Shown here: positions 24,581 through 36,068 of the stretch, one piece after another
Layout of the letters: each line of letters begins with the position of its first letter
Numbering within the stretch: position 1 is the first letter of the stretch
From: Sarea resinae
Taxonomy: Eukaryota
Reading direction: 5' to 3'
NCBI GenBank assembly: GCA_026026165.1
Contig: JAPEUD010000052.1
Coordinates: 62,001-126,000 of the forward strand
Length of the DNA stretch: 64,000 nucleotides
The notes under the pieces: model-generated
The model's input: only the letters and a program-made list of their open reading frames with translations
Told to the model about the DNA's origin: nothing
Databases searched by the model: none
Program-made: the position numbers and the translations under genes

Positions 24581-25239
24581 CTGGTATTGAGATGACATCT
24601 CCTCCCCTGCATCAGGGAAGGGGAAGTTCTCTGAGAGTTGCCGCGTCTTGGCTTCGCTTTTTATCGCCGCTGCTCTCCGAGATCTCCTCTTCGGAGGCGG
24701 CTCCATGCTGATGCTGGTGCTGTTGCTGCTGCCCGTGATGGTGGTGGTGGTGGTGGTGGCGGGAGTGGCGGATCCTTTTCTCTTCCTGGACGATCCAGGT
24801 GGCGGAGGCTAGGGAGTCAGCATCGCGCGAGAGGGTGGGTGGGGGGGGGTCGCTCCATAGAGGTCTGGTTTTGCTATTATATGAGTAACTATTGATCCAT
24901 TCGCATACTGTCTTGGTATTGAGATGATATTTCTAGAGATGATATTTCTACCTCGCCTGCATGGGGGGCGGAGGGGGGGGTGTTCTCGGAGAGTCGTCTC
25001 GTTTTCGCCTCGCTCTCTATAGCAGCTGCTCTCTTCGACCTCCTCTTGGAGGCCGGCTCCACCCCCCGCTGGTGCTGGTGCTGGTGCTATCCTTGCTGCT
25101 GCTGCTGCCCGTGATGGTGGTGATGGCGGGAGTGATGGGAGTGGCGGATCCTGTTCTCTTCCTAGACGATCCAGGCGGCGGAGGCGGGGGAGGCAGCATC
25201 GCGCGAGAGGGAGGGGGGAGTCGCTCCATAGAGATCTGG
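24581..25239. repeat. Degenerate tandem duplication (about 24581-24868 and 24914-25239)
   Basis: Both units start TGGTATTGAGATGA, share TGCTGCTGCCCGTGATGGTGG, GGAGTGGCGGATCCT, GACGATCCAGG and CAGCATCGCGCGAGAGGG, and end GTCGCTCCATAGAG.TCTGG. Confidence 0.9.
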
Positions 25240-25650
25240 GATCTCTTCCTCCTCTTCCTTATTGCCCTCTGCCTTCTTCTCCTTCTTCTTCAGCCCATTA
25301 GCTTTGTCTACTTACAGACAAGCATGTTGCGTACTGTTTTAGGCCTCATCCATTTAAAATCGAAGCCGTTCCCATCCTCGCTGGGAATGACCAGCACCGC
25401 CATCTCGTCCCGTCGGTCCCCCAAGAACTCATACGCCTCCTCCTTCGAGAACATTAGCTACCCTCTCCTTACAATGCAGACTGTCACTTGGAGAATGACG
25501 AACTAGCTCTTCTGCCACCTCTTTCTCGATCGCCGAGCCAGCCTTTAAGCGCCGCTCGGAGAAGTCATCGCGGCTCTGGCCGCTGCGCCGCAATTGGCAT
25601 GTTATGTCGACGGAAAAGTCATATATCCAGGCCGTCTTCCCATCCATTTT
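24914..25650 (-). pseudogene. Disrupted gene of unknown family
   Basis: Coding-like frames (MDGKTAWIYDFSVDITCQL...; FSKEEAYEFLGDRRDEMAVLVIPSEDGNGFDFKWMRPKT) with frameshift and stop, and a GTACGC...GCTAAT...AG intron at about 25290-25333. Confidence 0.45.
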
Positions 25651-25746
25651 GAATTACTAATACCTTAGCTTTATAGAGGAGTATTTCAATAATGGATAGG
25701 CGCTTGATTAGTCAAACATCACTTGCCGGACGAAGTTTCTTATTCA

Positions 25747-25991
25747 TACGGCGTTGTGTCTCTGATATTGCCATCTCCATGTCAATTTTAGGATTTTGAC
25801 ATATTGAGTTCTCAGTGAGAAAAGCATGAGAAATCTTTAGATTGACTTATGCATTCACTCACCGAAGAACCACAATCTGGGAATGCTCGCTGATATGCCA
25901 TGACTGTAGTAGTTGTCGTTCTTAGAATTAGTTTCCTTAGGAAGGACTGACGATTTGCCCGTTCAGCCAGATAGCCTCTGGGGGATCTTGT
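25747..25991. repeat. Direct repeat copy 1 (about 245 bp; partner 26953-27190)
   Basis: TACGGCGT.GTGTCTCTGATATTGCCATCTCCAT...CTCACCGAAGAACCAC...GGACTGACGATTTGCCCGTTCAGCCAGAT.GCCTCTGGGGGATCTTGT is shared with copy 2. Confidence 0.92.
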
Positions 25992-26134
25992 TTGAGGTAG
26001 AGCCCCTAGAACAGCTCTTCCGACGCACCAGACTCTCGGACTTGATGGCTTCGGTACGCCATGCTAAGTATGATATGCCGGAATCAAGAAGTCATACTTA
26101 TATCCTTAAAAGTATTAAGCTACAGTATTTTCGT

Positions 26135-26535
26135 ACGAGGGAGGCATTATCGCGGCAAGCGACATCGCAAATAGCATAATGATATTTTTTGCTGTCCACG
26201 GCTTCCTTTTGCCTGGCTTTTATTCCCGGCCTTTGTTTCTCATTGTTGCGCTGATAGAGAGCCCGATACGCTTCGGTGGGATTGGCACATAGAGCTTGTC
26301 CATACTGCTGTTAGTAGCTCTGATTCTTGGCCTTGTTAGCAGCGGCCATCTCTTCGAGTTGTTTAGGGGTAAAGCCAAAGTCTCTGTAAACGTCTTCTAT
26401 AAGCGCATTGTGTGAACACAGGCCATTCATTGTAATAGAACGAATCTCGAGGCCAAGGACAGAGGTGAGCCAAAACCGTAGGACTTTTTCCGGCGGTGCA
26501 TTGCCCAGAAGACTCGACTGAGAGCTGACTCAGTG
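26135..26535 (-). pseudogene. RIP-damaged C-terminal half of a GIY-YIG family gene with coiled coil and zinc-finger remnant
   Basis: ESALSRVFWAMHRRKKSYGF...CPWPRDSF...GLCSHNAL...DFGFTPKQLEE matches EAALSCVFWTMHRQDKSYGF...GLCSHNPL...DFGFTSKQIED of ORF 23970-24494. It contains frameshifts (including an AATG duplication), an in-frame TAA and KKYHYAICDVACRD. Confidence 0.8.
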
Positions 26536-26952
26536 GTCCGGTCTACTCTGCGTAATTGCTCCGCTGAAGCTCCCTGGCGTCGATTGACACCCAACATAGA
26601 GACCTCGACACGCTCAGTCACCATGGATGCGATCTTTGCTTGTTCGAAGGCATATGATTGAACCGACTCAGGCGGGTGCAGATCCTGCACAGCCTCCCCG
26701 AGTCTTTCAGCCAACGGATTACCTTTTTGCTTACCTTCAAGCTGTGAGGGTTGTCGAGCGGAAAGCACGGAGCCCATGAAATGTTTGGCCAGACCGAAAA
26801 AGGGGTGGCGTGGTTCTCCGGCATGAAGCAGCTTTGCAAAAGCATCTATGTCGGCGTTGGTAGGCCGGTTGGCCTCAGGTGCTGTAGCTGCATTTTCGAG
26901 GGTTTTCCTGAATCCCCGGCAGAAATTCCAGAACTGTGCGACTTCAACCTTT

Positions 26953-27190
26953 TACGGCGTCGTGTCTCTGATATTGCCATCTCCATAGCATGTTCAGGTT
27001 TTTAAAATATTGAGTTGCTAGTAGAAGATAGGCATAAGACATCTCCGGATTAATCTCACCGAAGAACCACGATCCGGGAATGCTCGCTGATATGCCAGGA
27101 CTATAGCAGTTGTCGTCCTTTTAGAATTAGTTTCCCTGCGCAGGACTGACGATTTGCCCGTTCAGCCAGATGGCCTCTGGGGGATCTTGT
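26953..27190. repeat. Direct repeat copy 2 (partner 25747-25991)
   Basis: See copy 1. Many differences between the copies are transitions, with some indels. Confidence 0.92.
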
Positions 27191-28241
27191 ATCCTCGGAA
27201 GCATTGAGCTGCAGTATTTACCTTGTTTGCGTTATCTGCTATAGTATATATTATAGTATACATTATCGTATATATTTGCAGTCTTGTGTTATTTTCTTGA
27301 CTAGAAGAGCCGTCGAATCGATGATGACGTTGATGATAGCCCCAAGGCTTCTAGCGACCCAGATATCCCAAGGTCTTCCAACGGAACGTGCTCGTAAGGC
27401 ATTTTAATAGTATCAGAAGGCAACCGCTTTGGGTTGAAGGGTAACTGTCAAAGCCGACTGATGATGATGTAGCGTAATAACGGGATCCGAGGGTGAGGCG
27501 TGCTTTATAGAGGCGTGGAAATGGAAATGGAAGCGGAAGTGAATGCAGTGGCTCGATGTGACTCGAAGAACATTCACCCACCATTTTACCATGGGTTTGT
27601 TCACGTTGCTTTTCCTTTCTGATTCACTTGTGGCCAACATTCCCCTCAAGACTCTCCTACCGTCCTGCCCACCTCAACTCTTTCCAGTACGAAGCACTTC
27701 GTACATACCGTTTCCATGAGTGCGGGTCGTGTATTTAGAAGCTCAGTCCGCCGTGCACAGTTCACGAACATCATCTTGATACAGACCCTAATGATGCCGT
27801 CTAGATCATCGCGAAAAAGCAAAGCATCCACCCCCTTGCCTTTGACCTCCAACGCTGCTCTAGTTCTCGTGATTTAGATAGACTTGGCACTGGCTTACGA
27901 ATGAATCCGAGTAGCCTTGGAAGTGTCTTTCGTCGTCATGCGCTGCGCCAAAGCCGTAATCATCTAGATAAAACACCAGTCTCGCTTTACCCAGTCATGT
28001 GTTACCAATATCCCTTGAGGTTTCCATCTGGAAGTTACCTTATATTATGCGATAGCGATAAGCACAAGAGCAGGACACATTTATGGTGGATCATATCTAA
28101 GAAATAAGAAACTTTTCATTTCATAACTATCTACCCGTGTGAGCCATTGCTGCAATCATCGAATCGCTGTCATAAACCCGTGAAAAACCGGAATGAAAAC
28201 GCCGAAGAGTAACAAACAGTCTATGAGAGAGCATAGAGAGC

Positions 28242-30255
28242 TTAGTCAACCTCCTCAACGGTTGGGCCATCATCGCCACCCGCGCCAGGAGCGGCACCGC
28301 CTGGTGCACCTCCGGGGAATCCACCTGCGCCTGGCATTCCACCAGCACCCTCGCCGCCGGCGCCGTAGAACTTCATCATCACAGGTTGAGCGACCTGCTC
28401 CAAGCTTTTCTGTGCCTGTAAAGCTGTTAGCATTTGCCTGACATGAAAGGGAAGAACCTGGAAAGGGGAATCTTACATCGCTGAATTCTTCAGTGGTCGC
28501 AGTTTGGTTGTCATCGAGCCATGCAACAGTCTCATCGATCTTGGCCTGGAGAGTCGACTTGTCCTCGGCAGAGATCTTCTCCTCGACCTTGGGATCGGCG
28601 AGGGTGTTCTTGAGCGAGTAGGCGTAAGACTCGAGACCGTTCTTGGCCTGGATGCGGGCAGCTTCAGCCTCATCTTCGGCCTTGTACTTCTCGGCCTCGG
28701 CAAGCATGCGCTCGATATCCTCCTTGGATAGACGGCCCTTGTCGTTGGTGATGACGATCTTGTTGCTCTTGCCGGTGCCCTTCTCGGTAGCGGACACGTT
28801 CATGATACCGTTGGCGTCAACGTCAAAGATGACTTCGATTTGAGGGACACCACGGGGTGCCGGTGGGATACCAGTGAGCTCGAACTTGCCGAGCAGGTTG
28901 TTGTCCTTTGTGCGGGCACGCTCACCCTCGTAGACTTGGATGAGCACACCAGGTTGGTTGTCGGAGAAGGTGGAGAAGACTTCGGACTTCTTGGTAGGGA
29001 TGGTCGTGTTGCGCTTGATGAGCGGGGTCATGACGCCACCAGCAGTCTCGATACCGAGGGAGAGAGGGGAGACATCGAGAAGAAGGATCTCGTTGGTGGA
29101 TTTGGAAGACGTGTCTCCAGAAAGGATGGCAGCCTGGACGGCAGCACCGTATGCGACAGCCTCATCGGGGTTGATGGACTTGTTGGGCTCCTTGCCGTTG
29201 AAGAAGTCCGAAACGAGCTTCTGGATCTTGGGGATACGGGTAGAGCCACCGACCAAGACAATCTCGTGGACGGAAGACTTGTCGATCTTGGCGTCACGGA
29301 GGACACGCTCGACAGGCTCCATGGTGGAGCGGAAGAGGTCTTGGCAGAGCTCCTCGAAACGGGCACGAGTGATGGAGGTGTAGAAGTCGATACCCTCGAA
29401 GAGCGAGTCGATTTCAATAGAGGTCTGGGCAGACGAAGAAAGCGTTCTCTTGGCCCGCTCGCAAGCCGTCCGCAGACGACGGAGAGCACGGGCATTGGAG
29501 GTCAAGTCCTTCTTGTGCTTTCGTTTGAATTCAGAGACGAAGTGGTTGACAAGGCGGTTGTCGAAATCCTCGCCACCCAAGTGAGTGTCTCCGGCAGTGG
29601 ACTTGACCTCGAAGATACCCTCCTCGATAGTCAGAAGGGAAACATCGAATGTACCACCACCCAGATCGAAGATGAGGACGTTGCGCTCGCCGACGGTCTT
29701 CTTGTCGAGACCGTAGGCAATAGCGGCAGCGGTGGGCTCGTTGATGATACGGAGGACGTTCAGGCCAGCGATCAGACCAGCGTCCTTGGTGGCTTGACGT
29801 TGCGAGTCGTTGAAGTAGGCTGGGACAGTGACGACAGCGTTGTTGACGGTGCCACCAAGGTATGACTCGGCGGTCTCCCTCATCTTGGTCAGGACCATCG
29901 ACGAGATCTCCTCGGGTGTGAATTGCTTGTCCTCGCCCTTGAACTCGACCTGGACGACGGGCTTGCCGCCCTTCTCGATGATCTTGAAGGGGAAGTGCTT
30001 CATGTCGGCTTGCACCTCGGCGTCGTTGAACTTCCGGCCGATCAGACGCTTGGCGTCGAAGACGGTGTTGACGGGGTTCATGGCGACTTGGTTCTTGGCG
30101 GCATCACCGATCAACCGCTCCGTGTCGGTGAAGGCGACAAAGGACGGAGTGGTCCGGTTGCCCTGGTCGTTGGCGATGATTTCGATGCGGTCATCTCTGA
30201 AGATACCCACGCACGAGTACGTGGTCCCCAGATCAATACCAATAGCTGGTGCCAT
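28242..30255 (-). CDS. HSP70: Cytosolic Hsp70 (Ssa type); single 61-nt intron at 28416-28476
   Basis: [31 protein letters not shown] and [14 protein letters not shown] signatures; the spliced C-terminus ends GPTVEEVD*. Confidence 0.98.
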
Positions 30256-30495
30256 TTTGTGTGTTGTGTGTGGAGATGATGTGTGTGACGAAGTCGGAAT
30301 GTGGGGTATCAAAGGAAAAGAAAAGGCGAGTGTGTGGTCTTCGTGAATGAAGAACTATGCAGGATGAAAGGCGAGTGTTTGTAGGTAGTGAAGGATGATT
30401 GATTTCACTTTTGAGTTTGTCTGAAGAATGAAGAAAAAAGAGGTCGTGGCCTTGTGGTTGGCAAGGTTTTTGTAGGTGAGCGGTGCTGAACCGCC

Positions 30496-30617
30496 AGAAA
30501 GTTCGATAGATTCTACGTAGATCTAAGCGGTTCCATGAGCAACCATGTCGGCCCACAACACACTCGAAGCGACCACGACATTCCTGAAGGGACTGGTCCG
30601 CCTAACGAGAACCTTCC
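30496..30617. promoter_or_regulatory. Heat-shock-element (nGAAn) inverted pairs in the HSP70 promoter
   Basis: aGAAagTTCg (30496-30505), aTTCctGAAg (30580-30589) and aGAAccTTCc (30608-30617); another cGAAtcTTCt near 30890. Confidence 0.65.
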
Positions 30618-33600
30618 TTTGATTGTGGCTACTTATTCAATGGGTTAGCACCGACCTCATGATGAGATCTGATGATGAATTTCAAGTGGATTCTCTCGAT
30701 GAATATGACGGAACGCGCATGTTTCTACGATGGATTCCACGATTCCACGGTTCCGCGATCCCACTCCTCTGTGCGCACCTCAGGGCAGTCCCAGACTGTC
30801 ACTGCGACTCACGAGCTTCCGCTGCTACCCACTACGGAGTAGAATCGAGAGGTACCTCCCTGACTTCCATCCCCTCCCGCCCGCCCATCGAATCTTCTTC
30901 CGCCGGAAAGTGACGTCAATCTGATTCTCTTTGCTTCACCGTACCCTCTAGCCCTTTCCGTCGATGAGGTAAGGCCTCCAGCCGCTGAGTTGGGCAGGTT
31001 GGGCAACCAGGGGGGGAGTCATCCATGCCTTATGTAAGCAGGCCGCCGAAGATCGAAACCAATCACATTCTCGCAGTCTATATCGATACCTTACAGAGTT
31101 ACTGGTCCCGTGACGTTCAACAACGTAGGTATGCAGAAGACGCCTCGATGTGTGTGATACCAGTATTTTGGTTTATATCGCAAGTCAGCTCCTTATCTTC
31201 TGTATCTTCTGTATCGTTACTATCTCATCTCGGCCTTCTTTGAGGCCTCGCTGCTTGAAGACAGCATCTGATGAGGACGACTCTTTTATGTAATGTTTTG
31301 ATTCTCTAGATATGAAAGTCACTATTTCCTTCAGGCCTCAGCCTTCAGGGCTCCTTCAACCTTGGAAGTCGGAACAATTGATACTTTCTTGGTGACCATA
31401 TGATGCAATTGGCGTTCGACAACGGTGTTTGATCGATAGCGAAAACGAAACTTTCTATTCTTCAGCAGTCACTTAAAACTTGCCTGTTGAAGTATTAATT
31501 TCCCATTCTCAAATGCGTTATCATCCTGCCGCAAGTCTACGGACTCCCTACTGAGCAGCGAGCTGAGTAATTGCGTATCTTTACATTTTACCGCCTGGGC
31601 CGCCTCGGCGATTTCGCCAACGTCTCCAGCGGCTCGAAGTTTCCTCGAACATCCCGAAAAAAACGGACGGGATGTGATATCTCGTCGAGAGCGCAGACTA
31701 GCATGTCAATACCAGCCTAGTCAAGGTAACCTACCTCAAGTAGTTCAAGATCCCTCGAATAGCTCAAGGTTTGGAGATCATCTCTCTGGAAGGCCTGAAG
31801 TGACATTATGGTTCGAGAAACCATGTCTCATTCGTGGTGCGTGGCTGACCGGCCCTTCGTCGAGCAAGAAGAAAGTAGCAGCAATCATGAGCAAAAAGAC
31901 TTATTGGTCATGCCAGACCAACCACCTCTCGTATGCCATTCGCGCATATAATCATCGAAAGACACTCAAGGGTTTCATTCCGAGATAAAACTCGAAGAAA
32001 CTCAGACTCGTCTAACAAGACAAGTTCGTACTCTTTACTCGCCGGTCTCGTCTCCAGGGCAGTCAATTCTGTCGACATGTCGCTTTGTCGAGAACATCCG
32101 AGGACTCAGCCCTCCCGTAAAGCTCTTTCGTCAAGCAGGGACTAAAGTACTGCGCAGTATCTGGTGATAACAAAGATCTCCTCTGGTGATGAAAAGGACG
32201 TCGCCGTAAATCCGAATTGCCATTCCAGGCCAGTGTGAAAGTGGCTGCAAACATGAGCTCGGGCTTTGGGTGGAGGTCCTGCTCTATCCATCCGTAGAGC
32301 TACGTGGCATGGGCCCCATTATATGCCGCCGATCAACATATAACTGCGAAAGTCGGAGACAGCAATGCAATCTCACGTCTATGGTCACATCCCGTTCCCA
32401 CAGACGGCGGATAAACCCTCCAGCTGCAAATATATCGGTCGAGACTGCAGAATGAGCGGCCTTCTTTGGCCAATACTATCGCAGGCAACTTGCAACTACC
32501 AGTCAAGACTTTGGGTCTGATCGGAATTACCGAGGTATGAGATGTTCTTTGAGGTAACCCGAAGTATTTCGGCGCTCGCCTAAAGGTGGTGGCCGGCCTC
32601 GTTCGGTTGTGCCGTCTTGCGTTGAGACGACTCGACCAGAGTACTGCAAAGGTTAGGAGCAGCGGTCGGGACGTCTTAAGGCGAATGAGAACCGGGAGAT
32701 CGTCGGAATCGAAGAGTTGTCCCATGGGGGTCCATTTCTGGGGATTATTTCCAGCAAACGGACCCTATGCAATGGTATTGCCTAGGATTATGGGATCTAC
32801 CTTCAACAAGTTACGATACAACATGGGGCAAGTCACGCGCTCAAACACGTCGTCTGATATTTATCCGCGGATATGAGAGCATATGGGTGAAGGGATCACC
32901 AAAACACTACTACTACGTAGTAGATATCCTAACTCCGCAGTCAATGCTCCATAGATCTCCGGACTGTCTCGCACAGATCTCGGACTCTTTCAATGCTTTC
33001 ATTGGAAGTTGAGCATGCGGCAGGGTCGCGATGAGAAGCATTTAGAGTAGGATCCAAATGCGCTGTCTGGGGGTCTCGCCATGGATGGAAGTGAGGCTCG
33101 TTAATGACCCATGAGCCGATTTCCTCCCTCCAGCATGGCCTGACAAGATGAAATTGCTTATTTTGTGAAAGGATCATACGGGCCTCAGCGAAGGATCCTT
33201 TCCCTCCCGAGAAGACGTTTTCTAGTCTATTTCGTAAGTAAAGCATGTAGGGGAGAGGAGCACGATGAGTCAAAGTGGCTTTCATTTATCGAGATCCGTC
33301 AGCGACATCGGTGGTGCAGCCTCGTAATACCAGGCCTTGTCCAAGGCGACGTAAATTGGACCCTGAATAGCATAACCAAGTGTCGCAGAAAGATCGATCT
33401 GAACCAAGCATGCCAGATGGCTTTCTCTCGGACTTAAGTCCTTCAGCTTGACCCAATAACAGTGACAAGTTCCATGGTCGGGGTTCGCAGGACCACCACT
33501 GAATTTTGCCAGATTGTAATCAGATTTCCCTATGCAGCTTCGTGTGCACTAAATTACCTTGTAGCGACAAGAATCCCGGGACCCAGCATCACCGTAGGCT

Positions 33601-35570
33601 TACCGCACCGATCAAATGCAAAAGTTGCCATTAGACTTGGACAGGCCTGTCGTGCTCGGGAAAGCTCTTCCTTTTGATGCCGTAATGGCAATTCTACCAT
33701 TTGCTGCAGGTGGTGAGCAACAGTGGGGTCTCAAGAGCCCTCAAATTTCAGCATTTAGTGCGCGTCCTCCGAATTTCATGACCGGAAACGGTCTGATATG
33801 GTCAGATAAAAGTCTTGGGTCGCCTCTTTTTTACCATAACCTATGACCACACAGAACATGGACCGGTTTGGCGGGGATCTGACGGCTAGGAGGTACGTCG
33901 CACAACCAATGGAACGGCGCAGGAGGCGAGGCGGCTCCACGCAGAAGCTTTGGTGTTTCTGGTGCTTCTCGCCAGGGTTCAGAGGGATAAAGTCATCTTG
34001 CAGCCAAGCGAGCAAATGAGGGGCACAATATCCAGGTTGCCGACATCGGATTGCATGCGAACTAACGTGGACGTGGAGGGCCAGATGCTTGTCTGATGCG
34101 CCTGATGCGCCTGCTGCTTGCAACTGCATGGTTCCCCCTTCACTGCTTTACTGGCATTCAACATGGATCCTTGGATGGATCGATGGTTTGTGAAGAAGCT
34201 TCTGACGTCTGGGAATAATACGTAGTACGTACCTTGACAGTGCGTTGCTCGCATGAGCAGACGAGTACTGCAGAGTACCGACACAGTGAGGTAGGCACAG
34301 AAGGTGATATTGGGGATGGAGGGACGGATGCGTGTGCCCTGACCCCGACCTTCGGTGACAGCAATATCGGTTACTCTACTCCGTACGAAGTGTACGAAGT
34401 ACCGGATCCAAGTACGGAGTAGAGCACCGAGCTCAGCGCAGGGTGAAGGAGACTACGGGAAGTCCAAAGAGTCATCGAACCTCCACCTCCACTCCAATGT
34501 CCAGGCTGGTGGGGAGCGTCGTGGCGGCATCGGACGTACTTCAGTAGAGGAGGCATCTCAAGTCAGCAAGTGAGTGAGTCCAGTCGCCTCGTGTCTTCTG
34601 CTGCGTTCCCGGCTTGCTCCGCTCCGTCCTTGCTCTCCGATGGTGCATTTTCTCCTCCTGCCTAAAGGCCTGCCTCTTTGGTGCGGCGTATGCCTGTGCC
34701 GGAGATCCGCGACTCAATGAAGCTGCCAAGCGTCTGTTCAATAGCTCGGTGCAGTAATGGGACTCGATGGATTGGATCGAGGGATGGATCGAGGATGGAT
34801 TGATCAGTCAATCAATCATTCAATCAATAATAACCAAGGGGATGTGACCTGACAGCGGAGGACATGCATGCGAAAACCTTCACAGGCAAGCTTGCCCACT
34901 GGGCTCTGCCATCTCCTGCGTATGAGTACTTCAGTACGCTCGAGTATCTTTGCCTGAAGCACTACGGAGTTCGATGGCTCTACCTTTGGCCATGTAGCAG
35001 TTCATCCATATCATGGGATCACCATTCCCTCACTGTGCTTCTCTCTCCTCTCTCCTCTCTCCCCCTTCCCGCTTTCTCCTCCCCCTCTCACGCTCGAAGC
35101 AATACTAGCAATACTCTACCATCTTTCCCAGAGGAAGGTTTCGTCCTGCGCATGGCGACCAGGTTAGCCGGCGGACTGCGTACATGCTCTAGTACTCTGA
35201 CCAGGTACAAGGCCCAATTACGCTTGGTGCCAGATTGGGGCGAGCCTTACCGACGTCTGGACACAAATGTCTGTCCGCCCATTCGTCAACCGGGCGGCTT
35301 ATCGCTGCGCTACTGCTGATCCGCACAGAAGGTAACAGATCCTCCGCCCTCCACACTTTGGAAAAAGGTTGCGGTTGCTGTCCGCTGCACAACACACGTC
35401 GACACGCAGCTCTCCCACCACCACCACTCCACTCCACTCCACTCCACTACGCACATCGTTCGAACACACATCCCCCCCGCCAATACTTGCACTAGGCATT
35501 TGTAGTATGTAACATGCCAAGTCACTGCAGAGGATCATAGTGAGGAGAGTACACCTACCTGGGCTGTTCT

Positions 35571-35580
35571 CCGAGTACGG
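35571..35580. promoter_or_regulatory. Leu3/LeuB-type CCG-N4-CGG site upstream of GLT1
   Basis: CCGAGTACGG lies about 490 bp upstream of the GLT1 ATG. Confidence 0.35.
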
Positions 35581-36068
35581 CTAGGGCTAGTACACCTACG
35601 GGCTACATTACCTTACCTTACCTGACCTTACCTGACCTGCTACCCTACCCTACCCTCCCTCATTTAGCTTCCCTGACCTGCCTGACCTGTCGACTACCGG
35701 CCTTCTAGTCCGTCACAGCCTCTTGCATCACTCGTAAACTGTAGTGAACGGTGTCGCCACGGGCCAAGGAGGAGCATCAGCAGCTTAGACCCCCACCATC
35801 TCGTTACTAGAGCCCTTGTAATACCGTTTAGTGCAAGGAGCTAGTCCGTGCTTTTGGTATTCTCGCCGAGGCCAACATACAGACCTCTTTCTTTCCTCTT
35901 CATATTTTCTCCTCTGCTCCTCTTGAAAGGCATCACCGCGTCTGGCATCCGTGCGAAGCTCAAACTAAGACCACCCCGACTCCTGGAACGTCGACGTTGC
36001 CCCCGAATCCACCTCGACGTCGCGACCGCCGCCTTTTCTCGACAAGTCCTCCGGTCGTCCCGGGAGAG

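Noticed and set aside
25747..27190. LTR retrotransposon or TRIM interpretation of the direct repeats
   Set aside because: No TG...CA ends, primer-binding site, polypurine tract, target-site duplication or gag/pol remnants.
28840..30346. Long plus-strand ORFs opposite HSP70 (341 aa and others)
   Set aside because: Well-known antisense shadow frames caused by strong codon bias in HSP70; no independent protein features.
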